A stretch of 64,000 nucleotides of DNA, taken from IMG/VR virus record IMGVR_UViG_3300023174_000034; one strand, written 5' to 3'. The DNA comes from a virus (lineage: Duplodnaviria > Heunggongvirae > Uroviricota > Caudoviricetes). This document shows, one piece after another, positions 8,417 to 18,923 of this stretch. The notes below the pieces were generated by a model that did no database searches, was not told the DNA's origin, and saw only the letters and a list, made by a program, of their open reading frames with translations. Both the position numbers and the translations under genes were made by a program. Each line of letters opens with the position of its first letter. Position 1 is the stretch's first letter.

Positions 8417-10339
8417 ATGGCTAAAATCATCGGTATCGATCTGGGTACCACAAACTCGTGTGTTGCCGTAATGGAAGGCAACGTTCCAAAAGTAATCGAA
8501 AACAGCGAAGGCGCACGTACTACCCCTAGTATCGTGGCATACGCCAATGACGAAGTTCTTGTTGGTGCAAGTGCAAAACGTCAGGCTGTTACAAATTCAA
8601 AAAATACCATCTACGCTGCCAAGCGATTGATTGGTCGTAAGTTCAAAGAAGACGCTGTACAAAAAGACATCGACATGATGCCTTTCAAAATTGTTGAAGC
8701 CAAGAATGGCGATGCCTGGATCAGTGCAAACAACAGCGAGCTAGCACCACCGCAAATCTCAGCTGAGGTATTGCGTAAAATGAAACAGACTGCTGAAGCA
8801 TACCTTGGCACAGAAGTGACCCAGGCAGTTATCACAGTACCTGCTTACTTCAACGACAGCCAACGTCAAGCAACCAAGGATGCAGGTAAGATTGCAGGCC
8901 TAGAAGTACTGCGTATTATCAACGAGCCCACAGCGGCCGCATTGGCATACGGCATGGACAAGGCTACCAAGAAGGATGCCAAGATTGTGGTTTACGATCT
9001 GGGCGGTGGCACATTTGACATTTCTGTTATTGAAATTGCCAACCTGGACGGTGACAAACAGTTTGAAGTTCTTGCCACCAATGGTGATACATTCCTGGGC
9101 GGTGAAGACTTTGACCAGCGTATCATGGACTACCTGGTTGACGAGTTTCAAAAGGAATCTGGTGTGGATCTAAGCAAGGACACACTGGCACTGCAACGTC
9201 TCAAAGACGCCGCAGAAAAAGCCAAGATTGAACTGTCTAGCAACACACAGACAGAAGTCAACTTGCCTTATATCACTGCTGATGCAAACGGCCCCAAGCA
9301 CATGGCAGTTAAACTAAGCCGTAGCAAACTAGAAGCTCTAGTAACCGACTTGGTAGAACGCTCAATCGAACCATGCCGTACTGCTCTTAAAGATGCAGGA
9401 CTAACTGCCGCAGACATCGACGACATTATCCTGGTTGGCGGACAAACTCGCATGCCAATGGTGCAAGGTTATGTGGAAAGCTTCTTTGGCAAGGCTCCAC
9501 GTAAAGACGTTAACCCAGACGAAGCAGTTGCCGCTGGCGCTGCCATCCAAGGTGCTGTGCTAGGTGGTGAACGCACGGACGTTCTGCTACTGGATGTCAC
9601 ACCACTCTCACTGGGTATTGAAACCATGGGCGGTGTAATGGCCAAGGTCATCACAAAGAACACAACCATTCCTACCAAGGGCAAAGAAACATTCTCTACT
9701 GCACAGGACAACCAACCCGCGGTGACCATCAAGGTATACCAAGGCGAGCGCGAAATGGCCACAGGTAACAAGCTGTTGGGTGAGTTCAACCTAGAAGGCA
9801 TTCCACCTGCCGCACGTGGTACTCCGCAGATTGAAGTTGCGTTTGATATTGATGCAAACGGTATCTTGAAAGTAAGTGCCAAGGACAAAGCAACTGGCAA
9901 GGAAAACAACATCACCATCAAGGCCAACTCAGGTTTAACAGAAGCTGAGATTGAACAGATGGTCAAGGATGCTGAACTCAATGCCGAGTCAGACAAAAAA
10001 GCCAAGGAACTGGCAGAAGCAAGGAATGCCGCAGAACATCAGATCTGGGGTGTTGAAAAGAACCTGGCCGAACATGGTGACAAACTTGACGAAGATCAAC
10101 GCGAAGCCATCAACACTGGCTTGCATGATCTCAAGAAGCTGGTTGCTGAAGAAAAGGACGTTGATAAAATCAATGAAGCTTTGCAGACATTTGTTCCCAA
10201 GTGCATGCCATTGTTTGACCTAGCAGGTGCAACTGAAGAAGCCAAGCAACGAGCAGATGCAGAAGAAGTCAAGATCAAGAAAGACAGCAAAGACGACAAT
10301 GTAGTTGATGCACAGTTTACTGAAGTCAAAGACAAATAA
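8417..10339 (+). CDS. dnaK: Hsp70 chaperone DnaK
   Basis: [33 protein letters not shown]; full length. Confidence 0.98.
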   Translation: MAKIIGIDLGTTNSCVAVMEGNVPKVIENSEGARTTPSIVAYANDEVLVGASAKRQAVTNSKNTIYAAKRLIGRKFKEDAVQKDIDMMPFKIVEAKNGDAWISANNSELAPPQISAEVLRKMKQTAEAYLGTEVTQAVITVPAYFNDSQRQATKDAGKIAGLEVLRIINEPTAAALAYGMDKATKKDAKIVVYDLGGGTFDISVIEIANLDGDKQFEVLATNGDTFLGGEDFDQRIMDYLVDEFQKESGVDLSKDTLALQRLKDAAEKAKIELSSNTQTEVNLPYITADANGPKHMAVKLSRSKLEALVTDLVERSIEPCRTALKDAGLTAADIDDIILVGGQTRMPMVQGYVESFFGKAPRKDVNPDEAVAAGAAIQGAVLGGERTDVLLLDVTPLSLGIETMGGVMAKVITKNTTIPTKGKETFSTAQDNQPAVTIKVYQGEREMATGNKLLGEFNLEGIPPAARGTPQIEVAFDIDANGILKVSAKDKATGKENNITIKANSGLTEAEIEQMVKDAELNAESDKKAKELAEARNAAEHQIWGVEKNLAEHGDKLDEDQREAINTGLHDLKKLVAEEKDVDKINEALQTFVPKCMPLFDLAGATEEAKQRADAEEVKIKKDSKDDNVVDAQFTEVKDK

Positions 10340-10345
10340 ACAAAC

Positions 10346-10366
10346 AGGGGGCTTGGGCCCCCTTAT
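10346..10366 (+). terminator. GC hairpin after dnaK (possible terminator)
   Basis: AGGGGGC-TTGG-GCCCCCT; weak U tract. Confidence 0.5.
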
Positions 10367-10368
10367 CA

Positions 10369-10731
10369 ATGAAACCTTTTTTTCCTATATTTGAACTAGT
10401 CGATCGTTACACTATTGCCAAACTCAAGTACGAGCTGACCAACGATAATTTGCCAGAGTGGGAATTTTATCAAGCACAGTTGGCCGACTATGATACCAGC
10501 AGTGTTGCTACACAACTGGAACAGCTTTACCAGATACATAAAAAAATCTGGACCCTAGAAAGTGAACTGAAGTCTGGCGTGGAAGCACAGTTAGAGTTAG
10601 CAGAAATTGGACGTCGGGCCATAGAGATACGAGACTGGAATCACAAGCGTATTTCTCTTAAAAATCACATGGCTGATTTACTAGGGCAAGGACACATACA
10701 TGAAATCAAACACAACCATTTAAGCGAGTAA
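10369..10731 (+). CDS. Hypothetical protein
   Basis: ELVDRYTIAKLK...N.KR..LKN helical protein. Confidence 0.55.
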   Translation: MKPFFPIFELVDRYTIAKLKYELTNDNLPEWEFYQAQLADYDTSSVATQLEQLYQIHKKIWTLESELKSGVEAQLELAEIGRRAIEIRDWNHKRISLKNHMADLLGQGHIHEIKHNHLSE

Positions 10732-10734
10732 CAT

Positions 10735-11331
10735 ATGAAACAAAGAATCATGCTAGTAGATTGTGATGGCGTACTGTTGGATTGGGAATGGGCATTCAGT
10801 ATCTGGATGCAAGAACGTGGCTATGTGCAACGACCCAATGCCAAAGACTACTATACAATACATGACCAATTCGAAGACTTGACCTGGGCCGAAGCCAAGA
10901 AGTTTACCAAGTTGTTCAATGAATCAGCCGCTATAGGATTCCTTCCTCCACTACGTGATAGCGTGTACTGGGTACGGAGACTAAACGAAGAACTTGGCTA
11001 CAGGTTTATCTGCATTACCAGCCTCTCAACTGACATAAATGCACAAAAACTACGCCGCATGAACCTAGAGAAATACTACGGTGATGTGTTTGATGATGTG
11101 GTATGCTTGCCAACTGGTAGTGACAAACACGAAGCCCTGGACAAGTTTGTTGGCACAGAATACTTCTGGGTAGAGGACAAACCCGAAAATGCTGATGTTG
11201 GATTCGAACGTGGTCTTAGAAGTATCTTGATTGAGCATGGGCATAACATGAATCACAAATGTCCGTATCCCATTGCCAAGAACTGGCGCGAGATATTTGA
11301 TATAGTCTCTACCGCTGACCGCACTCTCTAG
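10735..11331 (+). CDS. HAD-superfamily phosphatase (5'-nucleotidase-like)
   Basis: DCDGVL motif I, WVEDK motif IV. Confidence 0.85.
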   Translation: MKQRIMLVDCDGVLLDWEWAFSIWMQERGYVQRPNAKDYYTIHDQFEDLTWAEAKKFTKLFNESAAIGFLPPLRDSVYWVRRLNEELGYRFICITSLSTDINAQKLRRMNLEKYYGDVFDDVVCLPTGSDKHEALDKFVGTEYFWVEDKPENADVGFERGLRSILIEHGHNMNHKCPYPIAKNWREIFDIVSTADRTL

Positions 11332-12313
11332 AGCATATAAAAGGCAGGTCTTGCTTGCGAGCATGTGCCTGTTCTATTTTGTTGAACCAAGACAAGCATT
11401 CTTCCAGTGGACGGTGTAGTGCATTGTTGTCAAAACTGCCAAGTAGTTCTTTGATACGATCAATACCATAGTGTAGATTGGGATCAAATGTGCGTGGATA
11501 AAATCCTGTCCAGCAACATGGATACACTTCTCCGTTGGCCGCGACGTAGATAGTCTTGCGTGGGCCTTTGGTAACACAGTTTACAGCAACAGGGTCAGAT
11601 ATTTCATTTAGATACATCTTCTTGCTACCATAGTACTCTTGCCGCTTCATGTAGAACAACACATTCTCTTGGGGCTTGGGCCATCGAGATCCAATGGTAT
11701 GCGTAAGTGTGCCGTTCTTGTCAAACACCGGGCCATCGTCTCTGCCATGCTCAACTAGTTCAAATTCAGCAAAGCCCAGCTCTTGGCTCATTGCTCGAGC
11801 TGTTTCAACTTGATGCTGGTTGTGATCAAACAATATCATCTTCCAGCTGGCTATTCCACCAGCATCAATGAATGTCTTGGCATTTTTTAATACAGTTTGG
11901 AATTGTGTGTTTTGTCTATACAGATGATGTGTGTCGTCTAGCCCATCTAATGCAAATCTGACTATGGGAGCGGACTGCGCCAGGTCTATCCAGAACTGAC
12001 TGTTTCTTGCACCACCATTGGTGCTGATGTCTATTAGGGCTGTGGGATTGTGTTGTCGAAAATAAGCCGCAATGGCAAGCCCATCACGTGCTAACATAAA
12101 ATCGCCCAGGTTACCGTTGAAACGGATTAAACGAAGTTGGGCCACAAACTCCGGACTGAAGATGGTCTTTATGTTATCGAGTGATAGTTCTGCGTCGGGA
12201 TATCCTGCATTATGCGGATAGCCAAAGTAATTTCTAGGGCAGAGAGGACAACTGGCGTTACAATTAGTAGACAGTTCCAGATGTACCTCTCGCACCTGCT
12301 CGATGCTGATCAT
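11309..12313 (-). CDS. Radical SAM protein with SPASM/twitch-like domain
   Basis: CNASCPLC; GEVYPCC; C-terminal CSREC; TAAATA upstream on minus strand. Confidence 0.88.
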   Translation of the reverse strand: MISIEQVREVHLELSTNCNASCPLCPRNYFGYPHNAGYPDAELSLDNIKTIFSPEFVAQLRLIRFNGNLGDFMLARDGLAIAAYFRQHNPTALIDISTNGGARNSQFWIDLAQSAPIVRFALDGLDDTHHLYRQNTQFQTVLKNAKTFIDAGGIASWKMILFDHNQHQVETARAMSQELGFAEFELVEHGRDDGPVFDKNGTLTHTIGSRWPKPQENVLFYMKRQEYYGSKKMYLNEISDPVAVNCVTKGPRKTIYVAANGEVYPCCWTGFYPRTFDPNLHYGIDRIKELLGSFDNNALHRPLEECLSWFNKIEQAHARKQDLPFICSRECGQR

Positions 12314-12330
12314 CCAGTATTTAAGTAGAG

Positions 12331-13059
12331 TTAGACTTCCTTATAAATCTTTAGCACCTCCAGCACAGCAGGGTGTCGGTGGACATCCTTGCCAGTCAAT
12401 TCGCATCCAGCAACGTACTGGCTCTTTTTGTACTCTTCAACCAAGTGCCTGAATCCCAGTAATCCGTTGTCTGGGTCGGCACGGTCGGCCTGGCGAGTGT
12501 CGCCTGTTACCACCATCTTGGAACCTTCACCTAAACGAGTCAACAGCATTTTCATTTGCCCGGGTGTGGCGTTTTGCATCTCATCAGCGATGATAAATGC
12601 GTTCTTAAATGTCCGTCCTCGCATGTACGCTAGTGGAGAAATCTCAATTTGTTGGTCTTCTAGCATACGGGTGATTTCCTGAGGTCTGTAGTACTCCTTC
12701 ATGATATCAAAAATTGGTCTAGTCCATGGTTCCATCTTTTGGTTGATGTCCCCTGGTAAAAACCCGTGTTGTTCGTCGTCTACCCCCACTGCTGGGCGGG
12801 TGACTATAATTTTACTAATGCTTCCATTACGCATGGCACGAACTGCGGCCACAACTGCTAGCATGGTTTTACCCGTACCTGCAGGTCCTGTAGCAAAAAC
12901 AATCATCTTGCTTTCGTCTTTTAATAGGTCTATGTAGATTTCCTGGTTTCGGCTCTTGGGAACTAGAACTGGTTCCTTGCGTTGATGTGAATACTCTTTG
13001 AAGCTGATAGTGTTGTCCTGGGTTGGTTGTACCGCAAGACGTGGTTTACGTTTAGACAA
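12331..13059 (-). CDS. phoH: PhoH-like ATPase
   Basis: GPAGTGKT, GFLPG, YMRGRTF, DEMQN, GDTRQAD; probable TTG start at 13059 after GGGAGAG. Confidence 0.93.
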   Translation of the reverse strand: MSKRKPRLAVQPTQDNTISFKEYSHQRKEPVLVPKSRNQEIYIDLLKDESKMIVFATGPAGTGKTMLAVVAAVRAMRNGSISKIIVTRPAVGVDDEQHGFLPGDINQKMEPWTRPIFDIMKEYYRPQEITRMLEDQQIEISPLAYMRGRTFKNAFIIADEMQNATPGQMKMLLTRLGEGSKMVVTGDTRQADRADPDNGLLGFRHLVEEYKKSQYVAGCELTGKDVHRHPAVLEVLKIYKEV

Positions 13060-13277
13060 ATCTGACTCTCCCGTAGTTGATTTAATGTAGATGTTTTTCA
13101 TGTTTGCCCTGACTAGACTTGGCAAACAAGTCTACATGAATATTTACAGACAATGCCCTGGCCAGATAAGTGTAATGTTAAGAATAAAAAACAAGTCATA
13201 AGTATTAGGCTACGACGAAACTTGTTCAGAAGTTCAGCTAGGCTCAACTAGCATAAATACATGATAGGAATACTACC

Positions 13278-14021
13278 ATGTCCGTAGACAATACACCCAT
13301 CATTATTAGTGCGCCAGCAGGCGGTTTAGGCCGTCATTTGGCTGCTCTTGTTGACTATGCGGTAAATGCACAAACTCTTGCACTTGAGCTGACTAAACCA
13401 GCCACAAGTGATATAGCAGTGACCGTGCAAGAATTTGTAACACCCACAGCGCAACCACTCAGCCCATTGCAATTTTGGCATTGGGATTATGCTCCTGAAG
13501 ACAAGATCCCGGTATTTTATACCACACAAGATCCAGCAGATATTGCAAAAGACTACCCAACTGGTCGCATAATTCAAATCACCACAGAAGTAAATGATGC
13601 TGTACAGCTGGCATACAATTACCTGGTAATCGAGCAATGGCGAGCAACTGGTCAAATTTCAGATCTACAATACATAAATGAAGTCAAAGCCATGCTGGGC
13701 GAAACACAGGTATCACTTGCGGATACGTTCAGTGACTCACAGTTTATGGACGACCCTTTTGTACAGTTACTGATACAACGAGTGGCATCATCAAGAGTTG
13801 TCACGGCATCTGGTCCAAAATCACGTGCAAACCTAACACTGGCATTCCAAGATATTTGCTACCCAGCAAACACAGCAGATAACACAAATATCCAATCGTT
13901 ACTGGATTTTTTGGACAGTGATGTCCGTTCCAGTGAAGAAATATACAAACTTTGGCATACCTTCGTGAGAAGCTTGCACCATGCAAAACGCAACATACTA
14001 AATACAGCAAATTGGAGTTAA
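13278..14021 (+). CDS. Hypothetical protein
   Basis: 247-aa ORF after TAAATA; N-terminal IISAPAGGLG loosely P-loop-like. Confidence 0.55.
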   Translation: MSVDNTPIIISAPAGGLGRHLAALVDYAVNAQTLALELTKPATSDIAVTVQEFVTPTAQPLSPLQFWHWDYAPEDKIPVFYTTQDPADIAKDYPTGRIIQITTEVNDAVQLAYNYLVIEQWRATGQISDLQYINEVKAMLGETQVSLADTFSDSQFMDDPFVQLLIQRVASSRVVTASGPKSRANLTLAFQDICYPANTADNTNIQSLLDFLDSDVRSSEEIYKLWHTFVRSLHHAKRNILNTANWS

Positions 14022-14022
14022 A

Positions 14023-14592
14023 ATGGCAGCTTCGCTAGCAGACGTAATTCAGAATACAAAAGACATATACATGACCGACAGTTCGTTGGATGTGTTGCTA
14101 GACTTTGAGCGTGTGCTCGACGAGCTGGATTTGTATGCTTTTGACAACTGGAAAAAGGGCGAACTAGTCGAAGGCCCTACAGTTGAAAAATACTTTGTGA
14201 CATGTATCTTTATGTGGCCTTACAAACTAATGCCTGACCCACGTGGTGCAGAACGACTGGCCGAGTACGACATCGAGATACGTTACAAACGTGATCACTT
14301 GGAAACACCTACCAAAGTCAAAGAACCCAAAGACTTTGAGCCAGGCGGCAAATATCCTAAAATGGATCTAAAGCCTGTGTGGTTGGTTGAACTAGTCATG
14401 CCCAAGAAGTTGATCACAGAAATCAACCAAGGGTCAATTGAACTAGAAGGCGATACCATTGACATGGAAGACGTTGACCAAGCATACGAAACAGGTGCAG
14501 ACGATGATGTCAACCGTACACAAGAAGCACAAGGTGGTGATGCGGCGGCTGCAGGCGCACCAGCTCCTGAACAACAGATGGGAACCATGTAA
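14023..14592 (+). CDS. Hypothetical phage protein
   Basis: TAAATA and GGAG upstream; DFERVLD, MPDPRGA. Confidence 0.65.
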   Translation: MAASLADVIQNTKDIYMTDSSLDVLLDFERVLDELDLYAFDNWKKGELVEGPTVEKYFVTCIFMWPYKLMPDPRGAERLAEYDIEIRYKRDHLETPTKVKEPKDFEPGGKYPKMDLKPVWLVELVMPKKLITEINQGSIELEGDTIDMEDVDQAYETGADDDVNRTQEAQGGDAAAAGAPAPEQQMGTM

Positions 14593-15143
14593 TGAGTATT
14601 GAAAAAGGCGATCTAAAACGTCTAGTTCACGACGAACTACACATCGACGAGTTTGAAAGTAAACTGGGTGAAAACAAAGATGTCTGCGTGGTCAGCTTCA
14701 AAGTTGCAGGCAAAGAGCCAAGTCAAGACATTTGTTCATTTATTGAAAAAGGCTACGAGTGGGTGCTGGATGCAGATATCAGTCCAGGAGAGATGGATGA
14801 CGGTGATTATCTAGTGTTCATCGAAATGCCACGCGATGAACAACTAGCCGCGCATGTTATGGAAATCATGGACGACCTTATGAACCTGACAGATCAAAAA
14901 TTAACTGATTGGCGACTGAAATATCGTCATGAGCCAGGAGAACATTCGCTCGACGAAGAAAGTATCAATGGCATGGTACCCAACAATCCACACGAGTACA
15001 TGAACAAGTTTGGCAAGCACGAACAAGAAGATATTCATGTTGAGCTTGATAAACTTAAGGCAGTCGCAGGAGTCAAGGTCAATACCAAGGCACCCAAGAA
15101 TGAATACACTGAAAGCCTGCGGGTCGCAGCCGGTATACTATAA
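14592..15143 (+). CDS. Hypothetical phage protein
   Basis: 183-aa ORF; ends SLRVAAGI. Confidence 0.65.
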   Translation: MSIEKGDLKRLVHDELHIDEFESKLGENKDVCVVSFKVAGKEPSQDICSFIEKGYEWVLDADISPGEMDDGDYLVFIEMPRDEQLAAHVMEIMDDLMNLTDQKLTDWRLKYRHEPGEHSLDEESINGMVPNNPHEYMNKFGKHEQEDIHVELDKLKAVAGVKVNTKAPKNEYTESLRVAAGIL

Positions 15144-15153
15144 GGAGCAGATC

Positions 15154-15273
15154 ATGTTAGATACACTATTATGGATAGCAGTAGGAGCATTTGTAGGATG
15201 GAATTTTCCGCAGCCTTTCTGGGCCAAGATTATCCAAGAAAAAATTCAAACTATGATTGCCAAAAAGCAATAA
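15154..15273 (+). CDS. Small membrane protein (39 aa)
   Basis: AAGGAG SD; MLDTLLWIAVGAFVGWNFPQPFWAK. Confidence 0.6.
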   Translation: MLDTLLWIAVGAFVGWNFPQPFWAKIIQEKIQTMIAKKQ

Positions 15274-15289
15274 CAACAAGGAGCATGAC

Positions 15290-15919
15290 ATGAGTTTCAA
15301 ATTCGATTTTACAGAATCAAAGCTAAAACAAATCCTAGTGGGAGCACCACATGTGGACCAGTGGTTCCTGGCACTGGCAGAAATTTTACCTGACTACGAA
15401 ATTGACACCGCAGAGCGTGTGGCTTGTTTTCTAGGTCAGACTGCACATGAGTCCGGTGGCTATCGTGCGCTACGTGAGAACCTAAATTATTCAGACAAAG
15501 GCCTAATGGGCACATTCAAGAAGTATTTTCCCACACAAGAAAGCACAGTGGGATATGTTCGTCAGCCTGAAAAAATTGCCAACAAGATATATGCCAACCG
15601 TATGGGCAATGGACCCGAGGCCAGCGGCGATGGTTTCAAGCACCGTGGACGTGGCCTAATCCAACTAACAGGCAAAAGCAATTATCAATCATTTGCTGAC
15701 AGCATCGAGTGTTCCGTTGAAGAAACAATTGAGTTCCTGGAAACCTATGAAGGCGCTGTGCAATCAGCCTGCTGGTTCTGGGAAAACAACAATTTGAATG
15801 CCACCGCAGATGCCATGGATGTGAAAAAGCAAACCAAGATCATCAATGGCGGTTACATTGGCCTAGAAGATCGTATCAAACACATTGAACATGCTTGCCA
15901 TGTGTTGATTGGACACTGA
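15290..15919 (+). CDS. Endolysin, glycoside hydrolase family 19
   Basis: FLGQTAHESG, ENLNYS, RGRGLIQLTG, INGG..GLEDR. Confidence 0.92.
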   Translation: MSFKFDFTESKLKQILVGAPHVDQWFLALAEILPDYEIDTAERVACFLGQTAHESGGYRALRENLNYSDKGLMGTFKKYFPTQESTVGYVRQPEKIANKIYANRMGNGPEASGDGFKHRGRGLIQLTGKSNYQSFADSIECSVEETIEFLETYEGAVQSACWFWENNNLNATADAMDVKKQTKIINGGYIGLEDRIKHIEHACHVLIGH

Positions 15920-15921
15920 TC

Positions 15922-16380
15922 ATGCTAAGTTGGTTCATGGCCATTCTACCAGACAGTTTTTTACTGTTCGTTTTCTATACATTGTTCTTTGCAGGCATGG
16001 CCTTGATTGTGGCCAGCTGGTGGATAACATTTATTCCGCTGATCAGCAGGTATAGATTTCCTACACAAGTGATTGGTATTCTTGTGTTTGCAGGCGGATC
16101 ATACCTGCTGGGTGGCTTTGGTATTGAACAGGTCTGGCGCGAACGTGTGAAAGAACTAGAAGCCAAAGTCCAGGCAGCTGAAGAAAAAAGCCAGCAGGTC
16201 AACACAGTTGTGAAAGAAAAGATTGTGTACAAGACCAAAATTATCAAGCAACAAGAAACAGTATACCGAGATCGCATCAAAGAAGTAGCTGTGCAAATTG
16301 ATGCCAAATGTGATGTAGACGCATCTGCAATAGACATACTCAACAAGGCAGCAACTGATCCTGCCAAGGTGGCCAAATGA
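15922..16380 (+). CDS. Rz/i-spanin-like membrane protein
   Basis: N-terminal TM helices then coiled coil; follows endolysin. Confidence 0.6.
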   Translation: MLSWFMAILPDSFLLFVFYTLFFAGMALIVASWWITFIPLISRYRFPTQVIGILVFAGGSYLLGGFGIEQVWRERVKELEAKVQAAEEKSQQVNTVVKEKIVYKTKIIKQQETVYRDRIKEVAVQIDAKCDVDASAIDILNKAATDPAKVAK

Positions 16381-16664
16381 ATTTACTTAAATTTTTTATA
16401 CTAATAATTTTTATTGTAGTAGCATTTTTGGCCACAGGATGTTCAACAGTTGTACCAGTGGCAATGAAGTTCCCCGATGTGCCTGTTGAGCTAACAGCCG
16501 CATGTGCAGACCTAGACCAAACACCAGCTGGTACTACCAAGCTGAGTGAAACTCTAGATGTAGTGGTCAAAAACTACAGCAAGTATCATGAGTGTCGTGC
16601 AAAGGTGGAAGCGTGGAAAGAATGGCACAAGAGCCAAAAACAAATATTTGAAAGTGTAAAATAA
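16377..16664 (+). CDS. Rz1/o-spanin-like lipoprotein
   Basis: Signal peptide with lipobox LATGC; Pro-rich, two further Cys. Confidence 0.7.
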   Translation: MNLLKFFILIIFIVVAFLATGCSTVVPVAMKFPDVPVELTAACADLDQTPAGTTKLSETLDVVVKNYSKYHECRAKVEAWKEWHKSQKQIFESVK

Positions 16665-16665
16665 A

Positions 16666-16920
16666 ATGATCCAAGATCTAAACAAAAACAACCTAGAACC
16701 ATTCGTTGCACAAGGCGGCTGGTTGGGCGATATTGCTTACAAGACCAAACATCTTGTGCGCCTGTATGAAGAAAATGCAATGCCTGCAGAAGCACTGATT
16801 CATATGTGTACAGAAATGATGAAAATGACTTCTGCAACAGCAACGCCAGAAGAAATCTTACGCAAAGACGAATTGAATGGTGTGGTTGAGCTGATCCTGC
16901 AAGACGCCAAAGCCGCATAG
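16666..16920 (+). CDS. Hypothetical protein
   Basis: 84-aa ORF in packed operon. Confidence 0.55.
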   Translation: MIQDLNKNNLEPFVAQGGWLGDIAYKTKHLVRLYEENAMPAEALIHMCTEMMKMTSATATPEEILRKDELNGVVELILQDAKAA

Positions 16921-16937
16921 TAATAGGGGGTACAGTT

Positions 16938-17501
16938 ATGGCACTAATAGATTCAGTATTGAACTTGGTTACCAAACAACCAAAAGATGCAGATGCAGTC
17001 AAGCATCCAGTGGGCTCACGTTCAGAACGCGAAGCAAAGATCAAAGACAAAGCAGGCATGGTTATCTCTGTGTTTGCTTTATTACTAGCAGTCAACGCCT
17101 GGTATGGCGGCAAGTTAGGTAGCACAGTGTTGAGCAATACGCTGGGTGCCAACAACAAGTGGGCACAGTATCAAGCCAAAGCAGGTCGTGGCGTCAGCTA
17201 TGAGCTTGCGGCCCTGACCACTAGTGATCCAAAACTCAAAGCAAAGTTTGCGGCTGAAAAAGAACGCATGGATGCAGACAAAAAAGCCATTGCAGAAGAA
17301 GCCAGGGCACTGGAAGCGATTCGCGAAGAAGCCAAGAAGTCCAGTCCATGGATTGGCTATGCGTCAACTGCATACCAATTGGCCATTGTTGTGTTATCAG
17401 CCAGTATCCTGGCAGTGAGCATGCCTATGTTCTGGGGCAGTTTTGTAGTAGCAGGATTTGGATTACTACTAAGCCTCAATGGCTTATTTCTCTGGTTCTA
17501 A
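16938..17501 (+). CDS. DUF4337-like membrane protein
   Basis: TM - WAQYQAK - coiled coil - QLAIVVLSASIL TM layout. Confidence 0.6.
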   Translation: MALIDSVLNLVTKQPKDADAVKHPVGSRSEREAKIKDKAGMVISVFALLLAVNAWYGGKLGSTVLSNTLGANNKWAQYQAKAGRGVSYELAALTTSDPKLKAKFAAEKERMDADKKAIAEEARALEAIREEAKKSSPWIGYASTAYQLAIVVLSASILAVSMPMFWGSFVVAGFGLLLSLNGLFLWF

Positions 17502-17522
17502 TCAAATTAAAGGAGCATTCAA

Positions 17523-17993
17523 ATGCCAATCGGAAAACCAATTGCAGACCTAGGTGACACTGGTGATGCAGATCAAAAAACAAGTGGCTTTAGTTTAACA
17601 GCCGCAGTAACACCAACCTTTGGTAGTGCCGCTGTCAATAACTTTGCAACAGCACCAACAGCACCTGCCAGCTATGCACCAGACCGCACAGCAGGAGCCG
17701 CAGAAGCTGTCAAAGGTGGTGCAGAGTCTACCATTGAGAATACCAACACAGACTGGATCAACAACAAGTGGCGCCCTGTCATGGGCTGGATGTACATGTT
17801 GGTATGCACATGTGATTTTGTGGTATTCCCTGTGCTGTGGAGTGTGCTACAAGCTCTAACACATGGTAATGTGACTAGCCAATGGCAACCACTCACCCTA
17901 CAAGGTGCAGGATTGTTCCACTTAGCAATGGGTGCTGTGCTTGGTGTTGCCGCATATGGTCGCACAAAAGAAAAGCTAGAGTCCAAACAGTAA
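17523..17993 (+). CDS. Holin (3TM GTA-type)
   Basis: KWRPVMGW...LGVAAYGRTKEK; near endolysin. Confidence 0.75.
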   Translation: MPIGKPIADLGDTGDADQKTSGFSLTAAVTPTFGSAAVNNFATAPTAPASYAPDRTAGAAEAVKGGAESTIENTNTDWINNKWRPVMGWMYMLVCTCDFVVFPVLWSVLQALTHGNVTSQWQPLTLQGAGLFHLAMGAVLGVAAYGRTKEKLESKQ

Positions 17994-18011
17994 TAAATAT
18001 TTGCATAACAA

Positions 18012-18073
18012 GTCAGCGGAAATTGCCTATCCAGGGATTTCCGCTTGACACATGGTTGAAAGACATGTAAACT
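18012..18073 (+). promoter_or_regulatory. Hairpin and sigma70 promoter upstream of dnaJ
   Basis: AGCGGAAAT-N13-ATTTCCGCT (18015-18045); TTGACA(18045)-17-TAAACT(18068). Confidence 0.7.
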
Positions 18074-18079
18074 ATGCGA

Positions 18080-18901
18080 ATGGACTACTACTCTATATTA
18101 GGTGTACCCAAGGGTGCATCAGAAGACGACATCAAAAAAGCATACCGAAAACTGGCTATGCAACATCACCCTGATCGTGGTGGTGATCAAGCGCAATTCC
18201 AAAAGATACAAGAAGCCTATAACACACTAGGCGATGCCGGAAAGCGCCAAGAATACGATCATCCGCAACCACAAGGCTTTCCGGGTGGATTCCAATTCCA
18301 CTTCAATGGTGGCGGCGGGCTTGAAGATATCTTTGCACAATTTGGATTTGGCGGACCATTTCAACAACAGCAACAACGCAAGAACAAAGACCTGCGTATT
18401 GAGATACAGTTGGAATTGTCCAGCACACTAAAAGATCAGGTCAAAACAGTCAACGTGAGAACCACATCCGGCGAAACACAAACTGTACAAGTTAACATTC
18501 CAAAAGGCATACGGTCAGGACATCAGATGCGTTACCCAAGCCTGGGCGACAACATGTTTAGTACTATTGCACGTGGAGACTTGTATGTGCATTTTGCAGT
18601 GCTCGAAGATCCGCAGTTTCGAGTAGACGGTGATAACATTCTTTACCCATTGGAAATCAACTGCTTGGACGCCATGACTGGTGCTGACGTAGATATTCCA
18701 AATCTGGAAGGTACTGTGTTTCGTATCAGTGTGCCGCCAGGAACCGAATCTGGATCCAAAATGCGTATTGCCAACCATGGGTTGTATCAATTGAATTCTC
18801 CCCAGAGAGGTAGCTTGATCGTACATGTACATGTTACAATACCTAAAATAAGTTCTCCTGAGGGGATTGAACTTATTCGCCAACTTAAACAAGCCCACTA
18901 A
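18080..18901 (+). CDS. dnaJ: DnaJ/CbpA-like co-chaperone (no zinc finger)
   Basis: DYYSILG, HHPDRGG (HPD), G/F-rich region, C-terminal domain. Confidence 0.92.
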   Translation: MDYYSILGVPKGASEDDIKKAYRKLAMQHHPDRGGDQAQFQKIQEAYNTLGDAGKRQEYDHPQPQGFPGGFQFHFNGGGGLEDIFAQFGFGGPFQQQQQRKNKDLRIEIQLELSSTLKDQVKTVNVRTTSGETQTVQVNIPKGIRSGHQMRYPSLGDNMFSTIARGDLYVHFAVLEDPQFRVDGDNILYPLEINCLDAMTGADVDIPNLEGTVFRISVPPGTESGSKMRIANHGLYQLNSPQRGSLIVHVHVTIPKISSPEGIELIRQLKQAH

Positions 18902-18923
18902 ATACTTTTGATAAAGGGAAGTA

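Noticed and set aside
13060-13277. tRNA or ncRNA in the divergent intergenic gap
   Set aside because: No cloverleaf or convincing long stem; explained by back-to-back TAAATA promoters
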